In this document: positions 20,615 through 31,200 of the stretch, in pieces
Layout: every line of letters starts with the position of its first letter
How positions within the stretch are numbered: position 1 is the first letter of the stretch
Assembly (NCBI GenBank): GCA_040217195.1
Contig: JAVJNR010000008.1
Span: forward strand, 128,001-192,000
From: Leptospiraceae bacterium
Lineage (GTDB): Bacteria; Spirochaetota; Leptospiria; Leptospirales; Leptonemataceae
Direction of reading: 5' to 3'
Length of the DNA: 64,000 nt
Notes under the pieces: model-generated
Told to the model about the DNA's origin: nothing
Seen by the model: the letters and a program-made list of their open reading frames with translations, nothing else
Databases searched by the model: none
Translations under genes and position numbers: made by a program

Positions 20615-22189
20615 CTAATTCTGCGCCTTCTGAAATTCGGATATGATGCTGGGATCAATCCGGTGCGGAAGCAGCGCTTCAAGATCTGCGCGGCTCTGAG
20701 GATAGCTTAACTTTTCCAGCAGATACCTGAAATACCAGTAGGAGTCCAGGCCGTTTGCATGGGCCGTTTGTAAAACAGAATAGATGGCGGCACTGGCTGA
20801 AGCCCCCTTCTCATTGCCAGAGAACAGCCAGTTCTTTCGCCCTACGACAAACGGTCGGATGGCTCTTTCTACCGCATTATTGTCGATAGGAATGTGCGGC
20901 CGGCTCAGGTAGACCTCGAGCTTTTGCCTTTCACCCAGAGCATACTGAATGGCCTTGCCGAGAGGACTGGACGGAGTAATCTCTGCTTCCAGTTTAACAA
21001 GCTTCCGAAAAAGGAACTTAAACAGCCGAGCGGACTTGAGTCTGCGAAAATGCAGGATTTCTTCAGCTGTGGCATTTTCTTCCTGCATGACTCTTTCGTA
21101 ATGGTACACTCGCCCAATGATTTTCAGAATGGACTCGGCATGGCCGGATCCACCGGCATCATAGGCTTCTTTGAACTTTCGCCGTGCATGAGCCCAGCAG
21201 CCTGCATGGATGATTCCATTTTCCCTGGCAAAGATGGCATAGGGTTCATGGCCATCGCTCAAAAGGGCGCCATTGTACCTTCGCAAGTTGTTGCGCAGGA
21301 CATCGGTGGAACGCCGGGGATCGTATCTGTAGATCAGTAATGGTCGATCCGGTGGACCGGACTTAAAGAGCCACATATAGGATTTCGCCCGGGCAGGGCG
21401 GCCGTTTTCATCCAGAACCTGTAAAGTGGTTTCATCCGCTGCCACAAAATCGCTGGAAAGAAGATCCTTTCGCATAAGAACGAGCATGCGGGATAGCTTT
21501 CGGCCCACCTGAACGGCCCAGTTACACATCGTGGTCCGAGATAGTTCGACAGATAGGCGCTTAAAGATGCGTTCCAGGCGGTAGAAGGGCAGATGGTCAT
21601 CAAACTTGCTTACCAGAATGTAAGCCAGAAGTCCGGGAGAGGCGAAACTCCCTGGAATAATGTGATTTCTCGTAGCAGACAGTACTCCGGGCTTACTTTC
21701 ATCGGCAGTGCCTTCGCAGGATTTGCATGCATACTGACGATACACATGCTCTTTCACCACCAATTTGGCCGGGATGAGGTCCAGTTCCCTGCGTCGGTCT
21801 GGCTGGATTTCGGAAAGCTTCTCTCCGCAGGCACAGGTCTTCTGGGATTCGTCTATATCATGAATGATTTCTTCTACGGGCAGGTTATCCGGGATTGAGG
21901 CTTTCTTTTTCCTTTTTCGAGAATGACCTTTTACTTCGGTGCGCGGCTCTACCTCACTTTCTACAACCGAAGACTCTGCGCCTGTCTCTATCTCATTGAA
22001 GATCAGTTGCTGCGCTTTGTCTTCCTGGGTCCATTTTTCGGACTTGTGAGCAAATTGAAGTCGTTTCGCAAGCCTGAGTTCTTCTCGCAATACTGTATTC
22101 TCAGCTCGAACATTCTTGAGCGAGGTTTCGGCTGAACGCAGTTTAGCTTTTAGAGCTTCGTATTCTTCTATCGGAAGCGATACCGTCAC
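20615..22189 (-). CDS. tnpC: IS66 DDE transposase
   Basis: Leucine-zipper N-terminus, zinc motif (CACG, CKSC), ADET, SDG, GCWAHARRKF, IDNNAVERAIRP, GRKNWLF. Confidence 0.97.
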   Translation of the reverse strand: MTVSLPIEEYEALKAKLRSAETSLKNVRAENTVLREELRLAKRLQFAHKSEKWTQEDKAQQLIFNEIETGAESSVVESEVEPRTEVKGHSRKRKKKASIPDNLPVEEIIHDIDESQKTCACGEKLSEIQPDRRRELDLIPAKLVVKEHVYRQYACKSCEGTADESKPGVLSATRNHIIPGSFASPGLLAYILVSKFDDHLPFYRLERIFKRLSVELSRTTMCNWAVQVGRKLSRMLVLMRKDLLSSDFVAADETTLQVLDENGRPARAKSYMWLFKSGPPDRPLLIYRYDPRRSTDVLRNNLRRYNGALLSDGHEPYAIFARENGIIHAGCWAHARRKFKEAYDAGGSGHAESILKIIGRVYHYERVMQEENATAEEILHFRRLKSARLFKFLFRKLVKLEAEITPSSPLGKAIQYALGERQKLEVYLSRPHIPIDNNAVERAIRPFVVGRKNWLFSGNEKGASASAAIYSVLQTAHANGLDSYWYFRYLLEKLSYPQSRADLEALLPHRIDPSIISEFQKAQN

Positions 22190-22231
22190 GCGAAGAATAT
22201 TATGTCTGCTTATCTGATTTGCAAGAAAAAA

Positions 22232-22579
22232 TCAGGATACACTTGAGTACTTCAGTTCACGGTGCGCACGAAAGAAATCTATACCGGCAAGTAACCACCT
22301 GAGCTCCTGCTGGCTCAATTCCCTGACTTCGGAGGACTCTCCAGGCCAGGGAAACCGATTCTCTTCCAGACGTTTCTGCCAGAGACAGAATCCATTGCGA
22401 TCCCAGTACAGAATCTTTAGAAGTCTCTTGCCATTGGAGAAAAGAAACAGATCTCCGTTCATGGAGGCTTTACCCATTTCCTGCTCCACCATTTGAGACA
22501 GTCCATTGATAGCCTTGCGCATGTCTGTTCGGCCGGGCCGAAGGTAGATCCTTACCTTCTCAATATCTGTGAAGATCAT
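22232..22579 (-). CDS. tnpB: IS66 accessory protein TnpB
   Basis: TDMRKAINGL, LKILYWDRNGFCLWQKRLE. Confidence 0.95.
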   Translation of the reverse strand: MIFTDIEKVRIYLRPGRTDMRKAINGLSQMVEQEMGKASMNGDLFLFSNGKRLLKILYWDRNGFCLWQKRLEENRFPWPGESSEVRELSQQELRWLLAGIDFFRAHRELKYSSVS

Positions 22580-22842
22580 CCCCTGTGTACCTCGATGGTA
22601 ATTTCTCCATCTGGCGCAATGCGGATCTGAATCGTTGGATCTGAAGCTTTTAGAGCTGGTAGAGCTATGAAGTCTTTTTTCTTACCTGAGCTTGCCGGGA
22701 CCGCACTGCTAAATCTCTTTACCCAGCGGCCAAAACTACGATCATTCAGCCCATTCTGCCGACTGAATTCTGCGATGGATAACCCGCTGCTCTTCCACTT
22801 CTCGTAACGCTCTTGCCAGATTTCTCTACTTTCACCTGTCAT
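22576..22842 (-). CDS. tnpA: IS66 accessory protein TnpA (HTH)
   Basis: WKSSGLSIAEFSRQNGL...FGRW; first gene of the element, overlaps the tnpB start. Confidence 0.9.
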   Translation of the reverse strand: MTGESREIWQERYEKWKSSGLSIAEFSRQNGLNDRSFGRWVKRFSSAVPASSGKKKDFIALPALKASDPTIQIRIAPDGEITIEVHRG

Positions 22843-22900
22843 GTAAGGAAGCTTACCATGGCCTCTCCTGAACCGGAAGGTGGGAGGATTTGGCGCTTAC

Positions 22901-23682
22901 ATAACCTCATCGCCAACGGCAACAAATACTCCCTTACCATATACGATATCCCAGAATTTCGGGGATTGTGGGAGCCCCGAAGAGGAGCTTTCCCAGGTCA
23001 TTCCGTCGAGCGAGGTGATTTGGGTGTCATTGGAAGGAAAAACACCGCCAACACCGACGTAAATACCATTCCCGTATGTTACGGCCGACCAACCATTGTT
23101 TTCGCCCGTAGATCTCCTGGTCCAGAAAAGTCCGTCTGGAGAAGTAAGCACACCTGTCGATCTTCCAAGTGCAACAAACTGTCCATTTGCGTACACGATC
23201 GATTCCCACGCCGGAGCAGTATTGCCGTCTGCCTCCGATACGATCGCTGTCCAGACAGCGCCATCGAGGGAGATCATGACGCGATTCGTACCGGTCCGGG
23301 ATATGGCCACCAGCAGATTGTTGCCCGAGGCAATGTCACTCCATTCATTTAGCGGCCCGGCCTGGCGAGTTGTCCAGTGGAGGCCATTCGGAGAAGTCAT
23401 GATCCGATTGGTACCCTTATCGCCCACGACTATATACTGATCCATCGCAAAATGGACGGACTCCCATGAGTTGACCTCTGGAATCTCCACCGTTTTGAAA
23501 TTGAGTTTCGAATTAGAACAGCGATCGCTCGAATTGTCGCCCTCGCCAAGCAATGCCAGGATAAGCGGTCCCAGATCTTCGGCTGGCTTCTGGCATCCGG
23601 CGAGCAGGATCGACAGGGTCAGAATGGATAGAGGAAAAATCCTCCGCGGTGATTGGGTAAAAAATGTATGGGTCTTCATCAT
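22901..23682 (-). pseudogene. 5' part of the BNR/WD40-like beta-propeller lipoprotein interrupted by IS66
   Basis: Lipobox ILLAGC; repeated TS.DG..W and (V/T)YGNG.(F/Y)V blades; truncated at the IS end. Confidence 0.9.
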
Positions 23683-23750
23683 AGATTCCGCCTGGGCTTC
23701 AGATGGGTTCTCTGAGTGTATTTTTTGGGCTGCATAAAGGAGCCGGTTCT

Positions 23751-23780
23751 AGCGTACTGACTGGGCGGCCAGTCAGTCAA
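23751..23780 (-). promoter_or_regulatory. Sigma70-type promoter with an overlapping palindromic operator
   Basis: Minus strand TTGACT-18 nt-TACGCT; perfect inverted repeat ACTGACTGG-gcgg-CCAGTCAGT at 23756-23777 spans the spacer, ~70 nt upstream of the lipoprotein gene. Confidence 0.55.
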
Positions 23781-24191
23781 ATCCTTTTCCCCGGGTTAAG
23801 GAAAAAAATGCAATGGCCGGATGGAAAAACCGCTGCTCGAGTATTGCTCACAGGCTCCGGAGCTTACCATTGGGCCTCAAACAGACGGTGCTGAAGAATA
23901 ACCAGGGAAATTGGAAAGACGGTAGATAGATTTGCCTGGAGTAGGCAGGGGATTTTTTTATTTGGCCAGGGCCAGGGCCAAGACCAGGGGCAGCGGCGAC
24001 GGGGAGAGGACTTTCTGGCGACACCCCCGGCATCCTATGCATACGTTCCGTAGCAGGCAGGTCGGACGGGCTCTAATGACCTAAAAAATTAGAGGCGCTG
24101 CCGGTAGCGTTGGCAAGGAAGGTTCAGAGGAGTGGAATCGTGCGATTCCTGTCTCCCCTGTCTTCAGTGGCTGGTATGGATTCCTGCTGAT

Positions 24192-25268
24192 TCACTGATG
24201 GGCCGGTTTTTGCGCCATGGCTCCCAGAAAATTCCAGTGAGCGGCCAGGGCCTTTCGCACGGAAGGAAAGCGATTGTATCGGATAGAAAACTCTTCGCAG
24301 GTTTCTTTTACGATTTTGCTGATAGCCGGATAATGAACATGGCAGATTCGAGTAAATAGATGGTGCTCGATTTGAAAGTTCAGTCCTCCCAGATACCAGG
24401 TGGCCAGCACATTGTTTGGTGCGAAATCGGCGGTGGTTTGAACCTGGTGCACGGCCCAGTCCTGGGGTAATTCACCGGAGTCCTCATTGGCCTGCGGAAA
24501 TCCAGTGGCAGGAGTGGTATGAGCCAGCTGAAAAACTACGGCCAGGGTAACGCCAGTTACCATGTGAACGGCCAGAAAACCCAGCAGAACATATAGAACC
24601 GGATGAAAATACAGAGGGATGAAAAGTGCGTAGGAGAAATAGAAAAGCTTTGTAAGGAAAAACAGTATCTTGTCTCGAAGGGACGTTGCAGGTATCCGGT
24701 GTGCGCCGATCTGACCGGTGAATAGCTTTTTGAAATCTGTATAACCCAGCCAGTAAATGGTAAGCAGGCTGTACAGCGGAAGTGCATACCAGCGCTGAAA
24801 TCGATGCCAGGGTTTATGCGGCTGATGGGGGCTCAGTCTTAGAAGCCCTCCTGTATCGATGTCATCGTCCAGTTCGCCTACGTTTGTATAAGTATGATGA
24901 AGAACATTGTGCTTTTGCTTCCACATCTGGCTGCTTGCGCCAATCAGTTCCAGGGTCCAGCTCAATGAACGATTAATCCATTTGTTGCTACTGAAGCTGC
25001 CATGGTTGGCATCATGCATGATGTTAAATCCCACCAGAACAAATCCCTGGGCCAGTGCAAAACCGGCCAGAACAGCGATGATCAAGTTACTGGAAAAAAA
25101 GACCAGAACTACATAGGAAGCCACAAGCCATCCAAGAATCAGGGCTGCTTTCAGGTAGATGGAGGCAGTTGCAGTTTTCTTTTTGCTGTTTTTCTGAAAG
25201 TATTCATCCACTCGTTGCTTCAGGGTTGGATAGAAGGTTCCGCTGCGTGGAAAGGTGGTTCGAGTCAT
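24192..25268 (-). CDS. Fatty acid desaturase
   Basis: His boxes HDANH, HNVLHH, QIEHH. Confidence 0.93.
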   Translation of the reverse strand: MTRTTFPRSGTFYPTLKQRVDEYFQKNSKKKTATASIYLKAALILGWLVASYVVLVFFSSNLIIAVLAGFALAQGFVLVGFNIMHDANHGSFSSNKWINRSLSWTLELIGASSQMWKQKHNVLHHTYTNVGELDDDIDTGGLLRLSPHQPHKPWHRFQRWYALPLYSLLTIYWLGYTDFKKLFTGQIGAHRIPATSLRDKILFFLTKLFYFSYALFIPLYFHPVLYVLLGFLAVHMVTGVTLAVVFQLAHTTPATGFPQANEDSGELPQDWAVHQVQTTADFAPNNVLATWYLGGLNFQIEHHLFTRICHVHYPAISKIVKETCEEFSIRYNRFPSVRKALAAHWNFLGAMAQKPAHQ

Positions 25269-25529
25269 TATTGTCCTCCGGCAAGATCTGTATTTCAGTC
25301 TGGACCAGGAATTCAGTGGTTCGAACCGTAGGCTGACATTCCAGGTGCAGGCGATTTGAAAATACAGACTTCTGCGCCAATATGGTCCATTTTGCAGCTC
25401 CGACCCTGATCCAATGATCTGTGGGGGCCGGGCCAGAATGATCCAGTGGATAAGACCGATTCCGGGCTTTCGGGTTGCAAAAAAAATATTGCGGAGTCTG
25501 GAGGTTTCAGGGCGGTTTGGTGCTGTTTT

Positions 25530-26234
25530 TTAGAAGCTTTCCATTTCCCGGTGATAGAGCTGAGTCAGTTCCTGGATTAAACGATCCGCATCTCTAAAGC
25601 GCAGTCCTTTCGTAGGAATGGCCGGCAACACCTTCACATGATGAGTGCCGCCTTTTAGAATCCTTTTCTCTGGATTCACCAGATGGCCCATGTCCTGGTT
25701 GACGATGGGCACGATGGGAGCTTGAGCCGCGATGGCCATGATGAAAGCACCCTTTTTGAATTCTCCCAGGCCTTTGCCCTTGCTTCTAGTTCCTTCCGGG
25801 AAAATCCACAGATGGCGCCCTCGTTTCTTGATTGCATTTGTGGCATCTGTGACTGCCTTTTTTGCGCCGGAGGCATCTTCGCGATCCACAAGGATGTTAT
25901 CCGAGGCCAGAAGAATGATACCGAACAGTGGAACTTTGAGCATTTCTCTTTTAGCAAGCACCACGGTATTTCTGGGATACATACTGCCCATGAAGAATGC
26001 ATCCAGATTGGACTGATGATTGACCATTAGAACGGATGGCTCGGAGGACATGGATTCCAGGCCTTCTACGCGAACTTTGATTCCAAGGATTCGCATACCC
26101 ACTCCGCCCAGGAGTCGGGCGTATAGCCAGGCACTGAAGGGCCGACCCCAGGTAACCAGGCTGATCAAAAATACCAGAAGGGTGACTATGCCGGCCCAGA
26201 TTCCGGCGAAAAGCATTCTAATTCTATAGTTCAT
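25530..26234 (-). CDS. plsC: 1-acyl-sn-glycerol-3-phosphate acyltransferase
   Basis: NHQSNLD (HX4D), FPEGTRS, FKKGAF. Confidence 0.92.
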   Translation of the reverse strand: MNYRIRMLFAGIWAGIVTLLVFLISLVTWGRPFSAWLYARLLGGVGMRILGIKVRVEGLESMSSEPSVLMVNHQSNLDAFFMGSMYPRNTVVLAKREMLKVPLFGIILLASDNILVDREDASGAKKAVTDATNAIKKRGRHLWIFPEGTRSKGKGLGEFKKGAFIMAIAAQAPIVPIVNQDMGHLVNPEKRILKGGTHHVKVLPAIPTKGLRFRDADRLIQELTQLYHREMESF

Positions 26235-26552
26235 ATGTTTTTCTCGAGCTCACCGTTTATCCACCGGGCCTTCAGTCAGCCGGGCACAGTATATCGATCA
26301 TTGCAGGGGCTGGCAAGAACATTGGGAAATTAAGGGGAGTGGGTTAATTGATCGTTCGTGAATCTCGGGACGTACAGTTGGCTCCTGGAGAGGCGTTGCC
26401 TGTGGCAGGGGACAGGGCTGATTGCTTCCAGGGAGGTTGGCCCATTAGCTTGTAGGAGGTCGGGGGATCGCGGGCAGTACTAGGGTACGATTGTGTGGTC
26501 TCCATGGTGAAGTATAAAAAGCGCTGGTATTAATGTTACTTAATAATAAATA

Positions 26553-28154
26553 ATGACCGATCTGGAGCCCGCAGGTGGTACAATTATGAACGAACTCAGG
26601 CAACAAAAATACGCTGATTCAAGGCGCAGATGGATTCTTTTCGCAGCACTGGTAACCATTCCGTTTTGCGTGCTGGTTGCTCAGGAGCCAAAGAATGGGC
26701 TCGAACTGGCCAAGCAACGCCATGCAAAAATGGGTCGAGGCATCAGTCTTGCAAACTTTCTGGAGATTACCAATCCATCAAACCGTGTTCGCATTACAAC
26801 GGATGATATTGTGACAATTAAGAATGCTGGATTTAACACAATTCGCGTCCCGGTGAAATGGGAGTATGATAGATCAAATGTTGAAAAGTTGGGTCCATAT
26901 GATCGGGGTGTCTATCCAGATAGATTCTCTGCTATCGCTGCTCCATTGCAGAAAGACTCTTCAGTTGCGGGAAAGTTTTTGAAGGACTGTAATAACTACA
27001 TGGGCCGCCAGAGCAAGAAACCCGTTAAGCCCAATGCGAAATTTACTCGATTTCAGCAACCTGAGGAACAGCTTGCATGCGTTATTCTACGCGCCAAAGG
27101 GGAGGGCATAATGGTTATTGTAACCAATCATCACAATAACACAATCATTGAAGTGGGAAAGGAGGATTCGGAATGGTCTGCCCGGAAGGAGGCTTTTCTT
27201 AATCAGACCAATCTAATCATTTCTGCTCTGGAGCCGTGGAATGACACAGTCATGTTCGAATTGCTTAACGAGCCCAATGCCGATAAATGGTCACGTACAA
27301 ATATGGACAGAGAGAGCTGGGAGATAATCCTTTCTGGCTTTTCAGATGAGAATCGAAAGCCCACCAGGCTGACATTGCTCATTGGAGGCACAGATTGGAA
27401 CTCCATCCGTGGCCTAGACGAATTGAACTTGCCAATGAATCCTAATGGCGGGAACATAATACTGACCGCCCATTATTACGATCCTCCTTGTTTTGCCCAG
27501 GCATACGAAAAGAGAAGAAATTCACGATGCTTGAATGAAATAAAAGCCCACAGGACCATTCGGCCGCTGGAAGGCGGTAAATGCAGTTTATGCTGCCAGT
27601 CTGTCGAGTGCTCTAACATTAACCAGACTGAAGTTGAGAGCGTTTGGTGGAGTCCGCATGCGAAATTCCCTGGAAGTCAACATCCATCATATATCCCAGG
27701 GAAGCCATTGGAAGGGGAAGTTGAAAAAAAGGGGTGCGATGTAATTCGAGCGGATTTCAAACGCCTGCGTGAAATTGCAAAAGAGAAGGGTTATCCAGTC
27801 TTCCTTGGGGAATTTGGCACTACAACGACTATCGCAGATTCCCCATCCAGAGTCCAGTGGGCCTATCACATTGTTCGAGCAGCTCGAGTCGATCGAACAT
27901 GCCAGTTAGACATGGATCAAGTAGCGGACGCAGGGGCGGTTTCCCCTATTCCCTGGGTGTACTGGGGCTATAACTCAGAAGACTTTGGCATTTTCCGAAT
28001 ACCTGAGGACTCACAGAGAGCTAACTGTCTGACTCCCGAAGGTAGAATAATCAAGAAGAAGGGCCAAAATTCGGAGTGTAGCGGTCAAGATATTCTAAGA
28101 GCATTAATGTCCGCTGATAAAATGTCCTTTGCTGAGATTATTGATGGAAAATGA
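26553..28154 (+). CDS. Glycoside hydrolase family 5 (cellulase-like), exported
   Basis: GFNTIRVPV, FELLNEP (acid/base), HYYDP, VFLGEFG (nucleophile), WVYW; signal peptide; start may be ATG 26586. Confidence 0.85.
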   Translation: MTDLEPAGGTIMNELRQQKYADSRRRWILFAALVTIPFCVLVAQEPKNGLELAKQRHAKMGRGISLANFLEITNPSNRVRITTDDIVTIKNAGFNTIRVPVKWEYDRSNVEKLGPYDRGVYPDRFSAIAAPLQKDSSVAGKFLKDCNNYMGRQSKKPVKPNAKFTRFQQPEEQLACVILRAKGEGIMVIVTNHHNNTIIEVGKEDSEWSARKEAFLNQTNLIISALEPWNDTVMFELLNEPNADKWSRTNMDRESWEIILSGFSDENRKPTRLTLLIGGTDWNSIRGLDELNLPMNPNGGNIILTAHYYDPPCFAQAYEKRRNSRCLNEIKAHRTIRPLEGGKCSLCCQSVECSNINQTEVESVWWSPHAKFPGSQHPSYIPGKPLEGEVEKKGCDVIRADFKRLREIAKEKGYPVFLGEFGTTTTIADSPSRVQWAYHIVRAARVDRTCQLDMDQVADAGAVSPIPWVYWGYNSEDFGIFRIPEDSQRANCLTPEGRIIKKKGQNSECSGQDILRALMSADKMSFAEIIDGK

Positions 28155-28252
28155 GTATTCCACTGTCTGGAATTCCGACCCCGGTCTGGCTTTTACCTGA
28201 TTTCAAGATCGTTCTTGCAAAAAAGTGCCTTATGCAGGGAAGTAATCCATAG

Positions 28253-31200
28253 ATGCCCGGTCCGCTTTCCGAAGATCAGCTGGTGGAACAGCCTGCCATA
28301 GAGCTCTTTGAAAGCCTGGGCTGGGAATTTGTCAACGCCTTTGAGGAACAAGAAGCCGATGGCTTTGGCCGGGAAACCCGAGCCGAGGTAGTACTCAGAC
28401 CCCGTCTACTTCTCAGTCTTCGAAAGCTAAACCCGAAGGCGCCGGAGGATGCGGTGCAACGTGCGGCAGATGACCTCTCCCAGGATCTATCTACCTGGAA
28501 TCCGGTGGCCGCCAATCGGAAGATTCATGATCTGCTACTGAATGGTGTGCTGGTGGATCTGCAGTCTTCGAAATCCGGCAATCCGGATTCCATGCGGCTG
28601 CGGGTGGTGGACTGGGCGGATCCATCCAATAATGATTTTCTCATCGTCAGTCAGTTTACAGTTGTAGGATCCCATTATACGCGCCGGCCGGATCTTATAG
28701 GATTCTTGAATGGTCTTCCTTTACTCTTGATTGAACTCAAGAAGCCGGGCGTGGCGGCTTTTCGAGCATTCGATGACAATATTCGATCCTATAAAGCTGA
28801 CATTCCGCAGCTATTCCATTACAACGCATTTATCATCGCATCCAACGGACTGGATACCCGGCTGGGAAGCTTTAGCGCTCCCTGGGAGCATCTGGCGGAA
28901 TGGAAAAGGGCGGAGTCCGAGGATGAACCTGCGGCGGTGTCGCTGGAGAAAGCCATTCGCGGCACCTGCGAGCCCCGGCGGTTTCTGGATCTGGTAGAGA
29001 ACTTTATTCTGTATTCGGATGAGTCTGGCGGCACGAAGAAGCTGTTTTCGAAGAACCATCAGTACCTGGGAGTAAACAATGCGCTCAAGGCGCTGGATGC
29101 GGCCAGGGGCAAACATGGGCGGATCGGGGTTTTCTGGCATACCCAGGGCTCGGGAAAGAGTTATTCCATGGTTTTCTTTGCCCGTAAGGTACTTCGCAAG
29201 CTTCCCGGAAACTGGACCTTTGTAGTGATTACGGATCGCACGGAGCTGGATGATCAAATCGCAGATACATTCGCCAAATGCGATGTGCTGAGCGAAACGG
29301 AAAGCAAGGAATGCAGACCGGACTCCGGGACGGATCTGCGTCGGCTGCTGAAAGAGAACCATCGATTTGTGTTTACCTTGATTCAGAAGTTCCGGGCCGG
29401 GGAAAATGAAGAGTTTCCGGTGCTTTCGGAAAGAAGCGATATAATCGTTCTTACAGATGAAGCGCATCGCAGCCAGTACGATGTTCTGGCCATGAATATG
29501 CGGCGGGCGCTTCCCAATGCATTGTTTCTGGCTTTTACGGGCACGCCGCTGATTGCAGGCGAAGAGAAGACCAAAGAGGTGTTCGGTGACTATATCTCTG
29601 TTTATGACTTCAAGCAGTCTGTAGAAGACAATGCCACGGTGCCTCTGTACTATGAGAATCGCACTCCGGTGCTACATCTGGAAAATCCCAATCTAAACGA
29701 CGATATCTATCAGATCATTGAAGATGCGGATTTGAGCGTGGCGGATGAGCGAAAGATCCAGAGGGATCTGGGACGTCAGTATCATATTCTGACCAGACAG
29801 GATCGTCTGGAGAAGATTGCCGGCGATATTGTAAGTCATTATCTGGATCGAGGTTATCAGGGCAAGGCCATGGTAATCTCTATAGATAAGGCCACGGCAG
29901 TGCGAATGCATGATCTGGTGCAGGCCGCCTGGGCAGATGAGCTTGCGAAGGTGCAGAAGGATCTGCAGGCCAATCCGGGCAACATAGCCTTCCAGCGGCG
30001 CAAGGAGATTCTGGAAAGCACGGATATGGCTGTAGTGGTGTCATCGGCACAGAATGAGGCGGAGTCCATGAAGGAGCTGGGTCTGGATATTCTGCCGCAC
30101 CGGGATCGGATGAACAAAGACGATCTGGCTTCGAAGTTCAAAGAGCCGGAGGATCCACTGCGTCTGGTATTTGTATGTGCTATGTGGCTTACAGGGTTCG
30201 ATGCTCCCAGTTGTTCGACGATCTATCTGGATAAGCCCATGCGCAATCATACCTTGATGCAGACCATCGCCCGGGCGAACCGGGTATGGCCTGGAAAGAA
30301 GAATGGACTGATTGTAGATTATGCCAATGTGTTTGCTTCGCTGGAGGAAGCGCTTTCCATCTACGGAAAAGGAAAGGGCGGCGATCATCCGGTGGAGGAT
30401 AAATCGGAGCTGATCAATGAACTGATGGATGCTTTGAAATCCACGGAGGAGTATTTACAGAGTCACGGCGTGGATCTAAAGGCTTTGCTGCAGCTTCGCG
30501 GAATGGAGCTGCAAAAGGCCATAGGCGATGCGGCCAATGAATTCTGCAGTCCGGATCCTGTGCGTCAAGAATTCATCGCAAAGGAAAGAAAGGTACTGAG
30601 CTTCTATCAGGCGGCGAAACCGGATCCTGCACTTTCGCAGATTGCGCCCAGATGCGCTCTGCTTGGTATGATTGGCCGCGTTGTACGGGAGCGCACCGCG
30701 GAGGAAGGGGGTGATCCCGGCGAGGTGATGGCGGAGATCCAGAGGCTGCTGGATGCATCCATTGCCGCGGAAGGATTTGAAATTGCCGAGAAGGGAAGCG
30801 AATACAGGATACTGGATCTTTCTAAGATCGACTTTGAGGCTTTGCAGGAGCAGTTCAAGAAATCGGACGAGAAAAAGACACTGCTTGAGCGATTGAAGGC
30901 GCAGCTGGCCCGGGAGATTGGCCGGATGATCGATGAGAATCCTACAAGATACGATTTTCGCCAGAAGTTCGAGGAATTGATCCAGAGCTACAACGAAGGC
31001 AGCCGCACCATCGAAGAGGCCTACAAGGCATTGCTGGCACTTTCGAAGGCATTGACCGAGGAGCAGAGCCGGGCGGTGCAGGAAGAGCTGAGCGCAGAGG
31101 AACTGGCCATATTTGATCTATTGATGAAGCCTGCGCCGGAACTAAAGAAAAAGGAACGCAGCCAGGTGAAGGCGGCGGCCAGGGAGCTGATGGAATCGGT

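Larger units (their letters stand above)
20589..22900 (-). mobile_element. Intact IS66-family insertion sequence (2312 bp) with 8-bp TSD ATAACCTC
   Basis: Terminal IRs GTAAGCGCCAAATCCTCCC (20589) and GGGAGGATTTGGCGCTTAC (ends 22900); ATAACCTC at 20581-20588 and 22901-22908; tnpA-tnpB-tnpC inside. Confidence 0.97.

Noticed and set aside
19670..24079. 10-bp inverted repeat TCATTAGAGC / GCTCTAATGA as transposon ends
   Set aside because: Does not extend and has no TSD; plausible by chance.
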